Shown one piece after another: positions 33,491-45,177 of a DNA stretch of 64,000 nucleotides. This stretch comes from the human T2T-CHM13v2.0 reference genome, Homo sapiens: NCBI RefSeq assembly GCF_009914755.1, contig NC_060926.1; one strand, given 5' to 3'. Positions within the stretch are counted from its first letter, which is position 1. Each line of letters begins with the position of its first letter. The notes under the pieces were generated by a model. It was not told the DNA's origin. It did no database searches and saw only the letters and a list, made by a program, of their open reading frames with translations. The position numbers and the translations under genes are program-made.

Positions 33491-33713
33491 GTGGAAAATT
33501 ACAGTCAAAGGGGTTGTTCTCTGGTGGGCAGGGGCAGGGGTCACAAGGTGCTCAGTGGGGAGTTTCCAAGACTCATCATCCAGGAGAAGGAATTTCACAA
33601 GATAATGTCATCACTTAAGGCAGGAATTGGCCATTTTCACTTCTTTTGTGATTCTTCAGTTGCTTCAGGCCATCCGGATGTATACACACAGGCTTGGGCT
33701 CAGAGGCCTGACA
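33491..33713 (-). mobile_element. HERV-H 3' LTR, U3 part only (LTR7 family, LTR7C-like)
   Basis: Minus strand starts TGTCAGGCCTCTGAGCCCAAGCC, preceded by the polypurine tract AAGACAGGAA. It breaks off after GACTGTAATTTTCCAC, before TATA/R/U5. Confidence 0.88.
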
Positions 33714-35511
33714 TTCCTGTCTTATTAGCATAAGCGTTGCCTTGAGCCATGGGGTTTGAGGCCCTTTGATGGCCTTTGCAGTGAATGACTCCAGCTTCCT
33801 TTGGAGATAAAGCAGCCTTGAGAAGAGTTTTCATTAAAGAGGCATTAATGATGGGGGGACCTTTTCATAGTGAGGGAACCTCTTTCAGCCCATATAACAG
33901 CATGATGGTGCAGGATATGGAAGGCATATTTAAAATCAGTGTAAACATTGACACACAGTCCTTTTGCAGGAGTGAAGGCTCAAGTTAAGGCAATGAGTTT
34001 GGCTTGCTGAGAAGTAGTGGAGTGGGGCAGAGCAGTAGCTTTAATGATAGATATGGAAGATACTATAGCATAGTCTGCCTTTGTTGGTGAGTGGCGATTA
34101 GGCCTGGTGGGACTGCCATCAATAAACCAAGTGTGCTCAGGGTGAGGAATAGGAAAGAAGGAAATATGGGGAAATGGAGTGAATGTCTGGTGGATCAGAG
34201 AGATACAGTCATGGGTGTCAGGTGTGGTATCAGGAATAATGTGGAGGCCAGCCTAAAACAGTAAGATCAAGTTGTTTGGACAGAAAGGCTACAGGGTGCA
34301 GTCCCAGCTCTTGTGTAAGAATTCCGACCACAAAGCCCTGCACTTCAGCTGTGTGTAATGGAAAGGGATGGGATGAATAAGGGAGAGCTAGTGTGGGAGC
34401 AGCTTCTAGGGCTGTTTTTAGGGAACAGAAAGGGGAGTGGGGCAAGGATCTAGGATCTATGGGGTCAGCTAGGTTTCCTTTTGTGAGTTTATACAGTGGT
34501 TTAGTCAGGATGGCAAAACCAGGTATCCAAAGGCAAAAGTACTTAACCATGTCTAGGAAGGAAATGAGTTGTTGCTTTGTAGAAGGGGTTGGGGTTTGGG
34601 AGATTAGGCAGGCACAATCAGCAGGGAGAGCATGTGTGTTTTTATGAAGAATTATGTCGAGACAGGTAACAGATGAGGAAGAAATTTGGGCTTTGGAGGG
34701 TGATGTGCGATGTCCTTTTGAGAATAGATGTTGGAGGAGCAGGAAGGTGTCTTGTTGGGAAGATTTGTAGGAGGGGCTGTGAAGGAGAAGGTCGTCAAAA
34801 TATTGAATAAGGTGAGAAGAAGATGGACTGAAAAAAAGTAAATCATGAGAAAGGGCTTGGCTGAAGGTAATGGGGGCTGTCCCTGAAGCCTTGTGGCAGT
34901 ACAGCTCAGGAAAGTTGCTGAGGCTGATGGGTGTCAGGGTCAGTCCAGGTAAAAGCAAAGAAAGGCTGGGATGAGGGGTGCAAGGGAATAGTGAAAAAAG
35001 TGTCTTTAAGATCAAGAATGGAATAGTGAGTCGTGCAGGGAGGTATTGAAGACAAAAGAGTGTATGGGTTGGGCACCACAGGGTAGATACGCAAAACAAT
35101 TTGATTGATAAGGTGCAGATCCTGAACCAACCTGTAAGGCTGTCCGGTTTTTGGACAGGTAAAATGGGGGAATTGTAAGGAGAGTTTATAGGCTTTAGAA
35201 GCCCATGCTGTAGTAGCGAGTGATAACAGGCTTTAGTCTGTTTGAAGTCCGCCGTGGGTTGGGATACTGGCATTGAGTGGAGTAAGGATGATTAGGTTTT
35301 AATGGGATGATAAGGGATGCATGATCAGTCACCAAGGAGGGAGTATAGGTATCCAACACTTGTGGATTAAGGTAGGAAGATACAAGGGGAGGATGTGAAG
35401 AAGGCTTTGAACTGGGGAAAAGGGCAGCAATGATGTGTGGCTGTAGCCCAGGAGTAGTCAGGGAAGAAGATAATTTAGTTAAAATATCTTGACCTAATAA
35501 GGGAGCTGGGC
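33714..35511 (-). pseudogene. HERV-H internal fragment: protease end, RT and RNase H (frameshifted)
   Basis: Minus-strand translations include PLLGQDILTKL (PR end), YNSPILPVQKP, VQDLHLINQ, LDLKDTFFTIPLHP, LPQGFRDSP, YFDDLLL, PVAFLSKQLD and RNase H IHCKGHQ...GNAYA. Confidence 0.92.
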
Positions 35512-35606
35512 TTTGATACCAAAGTATTATGTTAAACTCAGGTACCACTTTCTCTTTAACCAATAAATCATTTTTCTCCACCAAAATGCTAATTAGCAGA
35601 GACATT

Positions 35607-36366
35607 TGAGGGACAGGACTAGCAGGATTTCCTAGGCCAAGTAAGAATTCCTAAGCCTAGCTGGGGAAGGTGACTGCACCTACCTTTAAACATGGAGCTT
35701 GTAACTCAGCTCACACCTGACCAATCAGGTAGTCAAGAGGGCTCACTAAAATACAAATTAGGCTAAAGCAGAGGTAAAGAAATAGTGAAATCATCTATTG
35801 CCTGAGAGCACAAGGGGAGGGACAATCATCAGGATATAAACCCAGATATTCAAGCAGGGAGCAGCAACCCCCGTTGGGTCCCCTCCCATGATATGGGAGC
35901 TCTGTTTTCACGCTATTAAATCTTGCAACTGCATACTCTTCTAGTCCATGTTTGTTATGGCTCCAGCTGAGTTTTCGCTCACCGTCCACCACAGCTGTTT
36001 GCCGCCGTCACAGACCTGCTGCTGACTTCCACCCCTCCAGATCTGGCAGGGTGTCCGCTGTGCTCCTGATCCAGCGAGGCATCCATTGCCACTCCCAATT
36101 GGGCTAAAGGCTTACCATTGTTCATGCACAGCTAAGTGCCTGGGTTTTTCCTAATAGAGCTGAACACTAGTCGTTGGGTTCCATGGTTCTCTTCCATGAC
36201 CCACAGCTTCTAATAGAGCTGTAACACTCACCGGATGGCCCAAGGTTCTGTTCCTTGGAATCCATTAGGCCAAGAACCCCAGGTCAGACAACAAAAAGCT
36301 TGCTGCCATCTTGGGAGCAGCCACCACATCTTGGGGACTCTTAAGAAAAAAGACCCACCCATAACA
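35607..36366 (+). mobile_element. LTR17 (HERV-W) solo LTR
   Basis: TGAGGGACAGGACTAGCAGGATTTCCTAGGCC...ATAACA, 760 bp. CCAAT at 35721, TATAAA at 35835, ATTAAA at 35915. Perfect 4-bp TSD CATT at 35603-35606 and 36367-36370. Confidence 0.92.
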
Positions 36367-36701
36367 CATTGACAGTATGAATGATTTCTTTTTCTCTTTC
36401 CAGGCATGAAAGATATTGAAAAACTATGGGAGTAACAAATAGCCAAATTCTCCCCTCCAGAAAGACGGAAAGAGAGAGAGCAAGAAGGACCAATAGCTAC
36501 CACTTGTGAGCACTTCCTATTGGCCAGATGTCTTACCATATTATCAAGAAATGCTGCAAGGTAATAGGATTATCTCATTTTCTAATAAGCTATTAAAAAG
36601 CAGAACCCACATGTTATTTGACTTTAGAATCCCAGTGCTCCAGTGCCAGTACATATTGAAGCTCAAAAACGTATTTTCCATAAAGGAAAGAAGCAAGGAA
36701 G

Positions 36702-37503
36702 TGAGGATTAAACTCTGATTTTTTTATATTGCCCAAATTCCTGTCTAAGGGGTCTGGGGAGTCATGCCCTACAAACCATAAATTCTCATCAGATGAGTTT
36801 TATTTAACCCTGTATATCATGACTTATTTTCCAGTCTGACTCTGGTATAACATGTATGTTATACATACATTCTTGGGTATGACAAAGAAGAAAGTAAAAG
36901 TATTTTATCCCAAAAGCATGTTTCTTTGCCGTATTTTGAAATGGTTCTGAAAAGCTGTTCTTTGTGGCGGGATATATGCATCTGTAAAGAATCTCTATTG
37001 ACGTAGCTAGATCTTTTTCTTCCAGGCCCTACCAATCCTGAAGAGATTTAAGTGAGAGTCCAGCACCTTTTAAAGATTTGAATAGGAAACATTTGTCATC
37101 TACTGTCTCTAAGAGCTGGGCAGCCAGTATAAGACTTTAAAAGAAACTCCTGGGTCTCCACAATCTTTCATCTTAACCCAAACATTTCCTTTCTATTGAT
37201 CCCAGGTCTTTAGAGAAACTCAACCAATTGTCAATCAGAAAATGTTTACATTGACCTGTAGTCTGGAAGTCCCCCGGCTTTGAGTTGTCCAGCCTTTCTG
37301 AACCGAACTAATGCATTTCTTAAATGTATTTGATTGCTGTCTCATGCCTCCCTAAAATATATAAAAGAAAACTGCACTCCTACTACCTGGGACACATGTT
37401 CTCAGGACCTCCTGAGGGCTGTGTTCTGGGCCATGGTCTCTCACATTTGGCTCAGAATAAATCTCTTAAAATATTTTACAGAGTTTGACTCTTTTTGTTG
37501 ACA
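36702..37503 (+). mobile_element. MER4E-type ERV1 solo LTR
   Basis: TGAGGATTAAACTCTGATTTTTT...GGGGTCTGGGGAGTCATGCCCTACAAACC...AATAAATCTC...GTTGACA. Perfect TSD GAAG at 36698-36701 and 37504-37507. Confidence 0.88.
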
Positions 37504-38398
37504 GAAGGTAGGAAAAAAAGAAGAAATGAAGGGAGTAAGGAAGGAAGAGGCGTGAGCCATTAAATAACTGCCTCAAAGTCCTTAGGCTAGCAGTAAGCAG
37601 AGCAGATGTTCATAATCCAAACCCTCATCCTTTAATCTTCAATAGTCTTCTAACCATAGATACTGCCAACCAATCTTAAGTCATAGCTGGTCAACTAGAG
37701 CTAAGCATCATCCTTAACCAAACAAAACAAAACGGAAGTGTTTTCAACCTTGAATATACGCATAACCAGTCTATTCACCAGAAAATAGCTCCTTTTGCTG
37801 AGAGTAAGCCAAGAGAAAACACGGAATTATGAAGTGCTTGCAACCAATTCCTATTGCCTTGGCTGTGTGTAGTTATATTGAGCTATATTTTTTACTGAAT
37901 TCTATGGAAATTAAAACTCAATTATTTAAAATGCAATGCATTTAAACAATGATAGTTGTTCTGCAGGACTTGTGGGGAGACAAATAACCTCCTGGGTGGT
38001 ATTGATGGTTTCAAGTAGCAGACTCCCCTTAACATCAGCTGGCCATTTATCCTAAAGAAATATTTCCTGCAAGACAGTTATTGCTAGTATATGCTACTTA
38101 AAAAACATAAACACATGGATGATTCAGGGATTTGCTGGTATATGCATTGAATACTAAGAGCAAGCAACATATTGATGAACTCGTCATAAAATTTGGTAAT
38201 TAACGTTGTTCAAATGACTCAAGAATCCTAGGAATGTGGCAACTTTTGCCAATAATAGCAAAGATATTTATTCTCTCCCTGTTTCCCACAACAACAGAGA
38301 GAATCACAGGATTTCTCATTATAGTAAACCCATTCTATTATTCATTCCTTTCCTTGCTCATTTACTGATTCATCTGTACTTTTTCATCATGGTTGCTT

Positions 38399-38720
<322 letters not shown>

Positions 38721-38829
38721 ATATGTGTGCTTTTAGCCCTTAACAATACATTTCTTTTAAACAGTATGACCTATTTTTTTCTTAATTTAGGGATTCAAAG
38801 ATGAAAACAGTATAATCACTTTCCTTAAT

Positions 38830-39460
38830 TGACTCAATGTGGACAAAGAAGCAAAGACACAAATAAAAATATATGATACAATGTGGTAAATGTACTGATA
38901 CAGATATAAACAGGGTAGGAGAGGACCACAGAATAGGGACAGAAACACTGAACACAGCTGAACCCAGCTGGATTTCTATTGTGCAGAACTGTGTAGTGTG
39001 TGTGTGTGAAGTGGAGTGAAGGAGGGGTAGTGGAGTGGATGTTTGAATGGCAAGACATTCTGTCAAGGCAGGCTTATTGGAGGTATGGATGTCTGGAAGA
39101 AGACTTAAAATACGTGATAGAGTTATGCAGACAAAACAGAGATGAGAAATAGCATCAGCAGGCCAGATAAAGCAAATCAAAGGAGGGGACAGGTGATATT
39201 GTCCTTCCTTGGAAGTACTTCCTTTGAAGTACCTTATATTATAAAGAATTCTGTACTGCTAGAACAGAAACATCAGAGTGAGAATTGGCCAAAGATAATT
39301 CTCGTTCAGTAAAACTGAATTCAATCACAGACGATCTTTTCTACCACCTCTGGAGTTTTGAAATTTACCATGGTGTAACTGGGCAGCCTCTGAATCACTA
39401 GAGGCAGGGGAGTTGGCATGGCCATACTAAACTTATAGAAAACAGCTCTACAATAACTTC
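38830..39460 (-). mobile_element. L2 relic
   Basis: Degenerate purine-rich L2 phrases. Bounds approximate. Confidence 0.4.
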
Positions 39461-39814
39461 CCTATTAGTATTAACAAAACAAAAAATAAATAATTTTTTA
39501 AAATCTGAAAAAAAAAATTTGCCCCAAACTCAATTGACGATAACAGCTTACCTGAAATAATGCAAACTGTTTATAGTCCTTATTTATTTCACTTAAAGTG
39601 CATGTTCCTTAATTTTTCTGGAGACATAGTAAGTTTAATACAAGATACTGCTCCAGACCTCACAGGCCCAACAAGTACCATATAAAGGAAATATAACCAG
39701 ACCACCCAATAAGCTATAGAGTTGTAGAAAGGCAAAATTGTCAACACTAAATAATATGGGAAAGTTCTCTTTTTTTCCCTTTTTAAGACACAGACAATTA
39801 TGCATTTCTATAAA

Positions 39815-40012
39815 AAATTCAAAAATTTAGCTGGGCATGGTGGCATGTGCCTGTGGTTCCAGCTAATTTGGAGGCTGAAGTGGGAGGATACCTTGAGCCC
39901 ATGAGGTCAAGGCTGCAGTGAGCTCTGTTCCTGCCACTGCACTCCAGCCTGGGTGACTGAGTGAGACACTTTCTCAAAAACAAACAAACAAACAAACAAA
40001 AAAACAAAAAAA
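39815..40012 (+). mobile_element. Alu right monomer (FRAM or AluJ right arm) with an (AAAC)n tail
   Basis: TTAGCTGGGCATGGTGGCATGTGCCTGTGGTTCCAGCTA...GAGGTCAAGGCTGCAGTGAGC. Confidence 0.88.
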
Positions 40013-40152
40013 CACCAGAAAAAGAAAATTATAGACCAAACATTATGGGACATTAAATTACTTAAATCACAGAGGAATTGGTCCTAAGAAAAGCAGAGAT
40101 TTTTTTGTTATTGTTGAAAGACATACAGGCTTAAATATATAAGCAGGACATA

Positions 40153-40507
40153 TGTATTAGTCCGTTTTCATGCTACTGATAAAGATATACTTAAGACTGG
40201 GCAATTTACAAAAGAAAGATGTTTAATTGGAGTTATTGTTCCATGTGACTGAGAAGGCCTTACAATCATGGTGGAAGGTGAAAGACATGTCTCAATGGAG
40301 GCAGACAACAGAAAATTGTTTGTGCAGGAAACTCCCCCTTTTTAACCCATCAGATCTTGTGAGACCCTTTTGTTATCATGAGAATAGCATGGGAAAGACC
40401 TGCCCCCATGATTCAATCATCTCCCACAGGGTCCCTCCTACAACACGTGGGAATTATGGGAGCTACAAGATGAGATTTGGGTGGGGACACAGAGTCAAAC
40501 CATATCA
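40153..40507 (-). mobile_element. THE1 (B/C-like) solo LTR
   Basis: TGTATTAGTCCGTTTTCATGCT...GGGGACACAGAGTCAAACCATATCA, 355 bp. TSD ACATA/GCATA (1 mismatch). Confidence 0.92.
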
Positions 40508-40569
40508 GCATAGGGATAAACCATGGTTATCTTTTAATTCTTCCTGTCCTAAGTAAGACAATCATATAA

Positions 40570-40921
<352 letters not shown>

Positions 40922-42824
40922 TAACTGCCTAGTAATAATTACATTTTACTTTAGCCACCCAAATAAAGGACTAAGTTTCTTTACTCTTATTTTACCCTTC
41001 AGAAAACTGAGCCTTAGTGTATGGCAAATAAGAGTTCAAGTCCTGTGCACACAAATACTTGAAAAACAAAGGCAACAGTGGCCTGTGTTGTTCTATCCGT
41101 CTTTACTGCTGACATCCTGATTGGTGATAGATCTGGATTCTTTAAACTGTCCCCTAACCGGGATTTTTGTCTGTTTTGAAACAATTCTTTTGCTTACAGC
41201 CAGATTTTGTAAAGCAATGTGGTACACATTGTGCTTTGACTTTATTATATAATGTTTTTCTGGTTCATTTCTGGTGGTCTATCTGCTCATCCACCTTCTT
41301 TGCACTATTGTTTCATGGCTCCCATACTGATACATTTCTGTTTATTATGCAGTTGGGAATGTCTTTTATGTCTCACTCATTTGAAGACAGTGAAGGAGAG
41401 AGGCCAAGGGAATAAACTGAGTTCATAGACTAATAGATGTTCCATCGTTTCTGAACCCTTGAGACCAAGAGTCAATTCTGTGAGCTTTGGTCTTCTGTGG
41501 GCCAGCAGGAAATCACTTGAGTAGAAATGATGCCTTTTATGTCACAGATCCTTTGGAGGCCATTTTATGTTTACTTCTTTTTAGCTAAAATAAGGAATTC
41601 AACTGAAGAAGTGATTGCCATCCTTCATCCTAAAATTGTATTTTTACAAAAATATAGTGTCCCTCTATTTCTTTATTCAGCCAGTCCTTCCGTGGTACTC
41701 TGCAGCCTCAATAGGAGTTCAGGACGCTTTGGAAATTTGTCCACTCACCTAGAACATGTTGATCTTAACAAAGAAATTCTAGTAAGAACACTACCTTTTG
41801 GAAATCTTTGTGGTCAGTCCCTCTTTAGCACAGGTTTGTTCTCAACTTCCTTACTTAGCCTATGTTCACTACAACTGGCAGAATTTCATAGATTAAGGTT
41901 TGCAGTTGGGCAATTTTTCTGTTTTTATAGATGACATTTACTGTTTCTTGTTCTTTCTGTTTTGATTTGGTTTCAGAAAGACAAGTCTTACTTAGTTATT
42001 TTGACTGGAAGTGCATAGTAAACTTTCTAAAACATAACCCTGATTTCTTTGCCTAAAATCTTTGTGTCTCTACTCTCTTCAGTGTATATCTAAATTTCTT
42101 AAGTTGGCCTTTAACATCCTTCATGACTTAACCCCTGCCAACTTTCCTGTTTCATTGATCAAAACTATCCTTTCATATTTTTGACTTGAGATAGTCTGAA
42201 TCATAACCATTCACAATTCCCTGCACATATACAAATCTTGTTCACTTCGAGGACTCTGTCATCCATCTGGAAATTTCTTTAAAGGGAGATAAGACAATTT
42301 TAAGTTGCTAGTGTGTAGGTAGGATAATTATTTTAAATTATAATTTCTATTTATAATGGACCGTATGGTAAAATAACAGTTATATTTTTGTTTTCCAGGG
42401 AATTAGTTTTAAAAAACAGATTCATTACCATCTCAAAAAATTAATATTATAAAAACTAATCATGTCTATCTGCTCATCTTTTAGTAATGTGTTAATAGTA
42501 GAATGAACAGTGATACTTAGAAATAACTGGTATAGAAATTATTCCATTTTTATTTGATTTTGTATTAATTAAAGTACCAGCAGGTACTCAATAATTAAAC
42601 CCCCAAATTTTAGAAGTTTATTTCTCCTTTATGCAACAGTTCATTGCAGGTGTTTCTGAGTGGGGGGGTGACTTACCTCCATATGGTAATTCAGGGACTC
42701 CAGTTACCTCTATTTCATGGCTCTGGAATATTTTAGTGTCTCAGAGATCTCCACATGCAGATGGAAGATAAAAAAAAAAAGAGAGTGTAGAGAGAGCATC
42801 TGCTCTTTTTTAAAACCCCAAGAT

Positions 42825-43262
42825 TGTTACTGAAACAGTAGGGATTTGGTCTAGGTTCTGCTGCTTGCTGCACAGAAAGCTGATTACTGAGACAACGATT
42901 ATTGCCAAGGAGGAAAACTTTAATAGCATGCTGCAGCCAAGGAGATAGGTGATAAGTCTCAAATCCATCTCCCTGACCAACTAAAATTAAGAGTTTATAT
43001 AGCAGAGAATAATTGTAACAATGTGTAAGAAAAAAGGAACTAGGAAGGGGTAAAGAAGCAATCATGATGAATGAGGGATCTGGCATGTGGTGATCTGGTC
43101 AGTTTCAGTTATTTTATACTTTTCTATTGAGAAGCCACAAGGTCGTTTTCCTGAGGAAGAAACTAAGATAAAACAAATGTAAGTTTCAAGCTTCAAGACC
43201 AGAAGGGTCAATTTCTATGTTTATCCAAAAAAACTGTCTATGGGACTATTGGGTCAATTTCA
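42825..43262 (-). mobile_element. MER4-group ERV1 solo LTR (exact subfamily uncertain), inserted in an older MLT1-like relic (about 42600-43420)
   Basis: Minus strand TGAAATTGACCCAATAGTCCCATAGACAG...CAGTAACA with TG/CA termini. TSD AGAT/AGGT (1 mismatch). Confidence 0.75.
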
Positions 43263-43819
43263 AGGTTATACTATATACATAACTTGAGCTATTTCTTTGA
43301 TGAGACCTAGTTACAGGGTCAAACCTGTATGCAAGGGGAGAGATGGAAAATTAATCTTGTGACTGAGAATCTTCTTCCCAGGGGGCAACTTCATGTCACA
43401 GAAGAGGAAGCATGAATGTTAACCATCTGTAGCATTGTTGTATTCTAGCTGGTATATTTTCTTTGAGTTAATCTTTCAATATATTTTTCTTTGAAAGTGT
43501 GTATCCCAAAATTAATACTTTATCAATGTCAAATAATACATCAAAGAAAAGAAATAATTATATGATTATAAGGAGGATCTGTTACTTTTGTAACCTGGCA
43601 AAACAAGGTGACAACATCTTTTTCTCTCAAGCCCAGTTAGAGTAGGCAGATTGTTCTTCAATCTTCAGAGATAGGGCTTAATTGGCATAAGTCAATCAAT
43701 ATATTCCATGCTTTGGATAATTGCAATTGATCAAGAATGATTATATGCTCTATTTGGGGCCAATAAGAGTCAAGTTTGAAAGTTTTATTTGACTTCTGCA
43801 GATGATGGAAGTTTTGGGG

Positions 43820-43844
43820 TTTGTTGTTGTTGTTGTTGTTGTTG
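43820..43844. repeat. (TTG)n microsatellite
   Basis: TTGTTGTTGTTGTTGTTGTTGTTG. Confidence 0.9.
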
Positions 43845-44832
43845 ATTTTGAAGCTGAGAAGACATATGGTATGGAACGACTGTCCATTTTCTCTGCCAGG
43901 AGATTTTATCTAAAATAGAAGGAGAGAAATTATCTAAAAATAAAATCAGCACAAATAAAATGAGACCAAGAGACACAGAGAGAGAAATTAGACTCTGTTT
44001 ACATATTTTGGGCATTTGAATCAACCAGTCATGACGTCTACCATTGAGATTTTTTTCTGAAAAAAAAAAATCTTACATTTTGCTTATGTATATTTTTGTT
44101 CATTTTTTCTATCAATTGAAATACAAAGAATTCTGAGTGACACACATGCCAAATTGGTATTGAAGAGTCTAGCAGATAATGGCTCTTCTTCTTAAATCTA
44201 ATTGAGGAAAACAAATAAGTGACCTATAAAAGCCAAAAGAAACAGCCAAAAAACTGAACATCCCAGATATGATTGCTAATGGACTTTCTTCATTATTGAT
44301 AAATATGTTTCCACCTGAGTAAAGATACTAAGTTGCCCAACATCCAATAAGAACAAAAACAAAACACTAATTTTAAAAATGAATTATAAGCTATTTGAAT
44401 TTGAAAAGAGCGAAGGGAGAGTTTAAATATTGTCTTCTGGTGGCAGAAAAAGAGAGCTAAATAATACCTCGAAATTTCTTAAGCTATCCAAGTTTAGTCT
44501 AGAAAAAAATTGCAGGTACACAATTAATTGGAACATGATTTTGCTGCCATTATGCAAGATATCAAGATATGAATTGTGTGTATATGTATATATGTCTATT
44601 TTTATTCATTTTCCTATTAATTAAAAATTGTGTGTGCATATAGATATGTATTTATTATATATTCTTTAAAAATATATGTGTGTGCATATGTATATATACA
44701 CACACATATATAAAGAGAGAGAGCCTTCTATATTAGAAAATGATGTAAATATCAACATGCCACACTCTTTCTTGACTCATATTTGGTATGGATTAAAGGA
44801 CATAATAGGCTATGTGAAAATATTTTTATATA

Positions 44833-45177
44833 CAGTTATGCATCACTTAACAACAGGAATGCATTATGAGAAGTGTGTCATTAGATGATTTCATCATTGT
44901 GCAAACATAAATAGAGTGTACTTACACAAATCTAGGTGGTATAGCCTACTACACACCTAGGCTGTGTAGTATAACCTATTGCCCCTAAGCTACAAACCTG
45001 TACAGCATATTACTGCACTGAATAGACAATTGTAACAAAATGTTTAAGTATTTGTGTATTTAAACATAACTAAACATACAAAAGGGACAAGAAACATAAG
45101 GTTTTATAATTTTACAATACTACCATGATATATGTGGTTTCTCCTTGGCCAAAATGTCATTATGCATCACATGACTA
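44833..45177. mobile_element. Tigger3a-like TcMar MITE
   Basis: Inverted termini CAGTTATGCATCACTTAAC / CATTATGCATCACATGACTA flanked by TA. Internal GAGTGTACTTACACAAATCTAG...GCCTACTACACACCTAGGCT. Confidence 0.85.

Noticed and set aside
34230-35273. 347-aa ORF with YFDD as a functional pol
   Set aside because: It switches in and out of the true RT frame (the LDLKD and LPQG motifs are in other frames), and the 5' LTR and gag are missing.
43785-44024. ORF with a polyglutamine run
   Set aside because: Chance translation of a (CAA)n microsatellite; no supporting gene structure.
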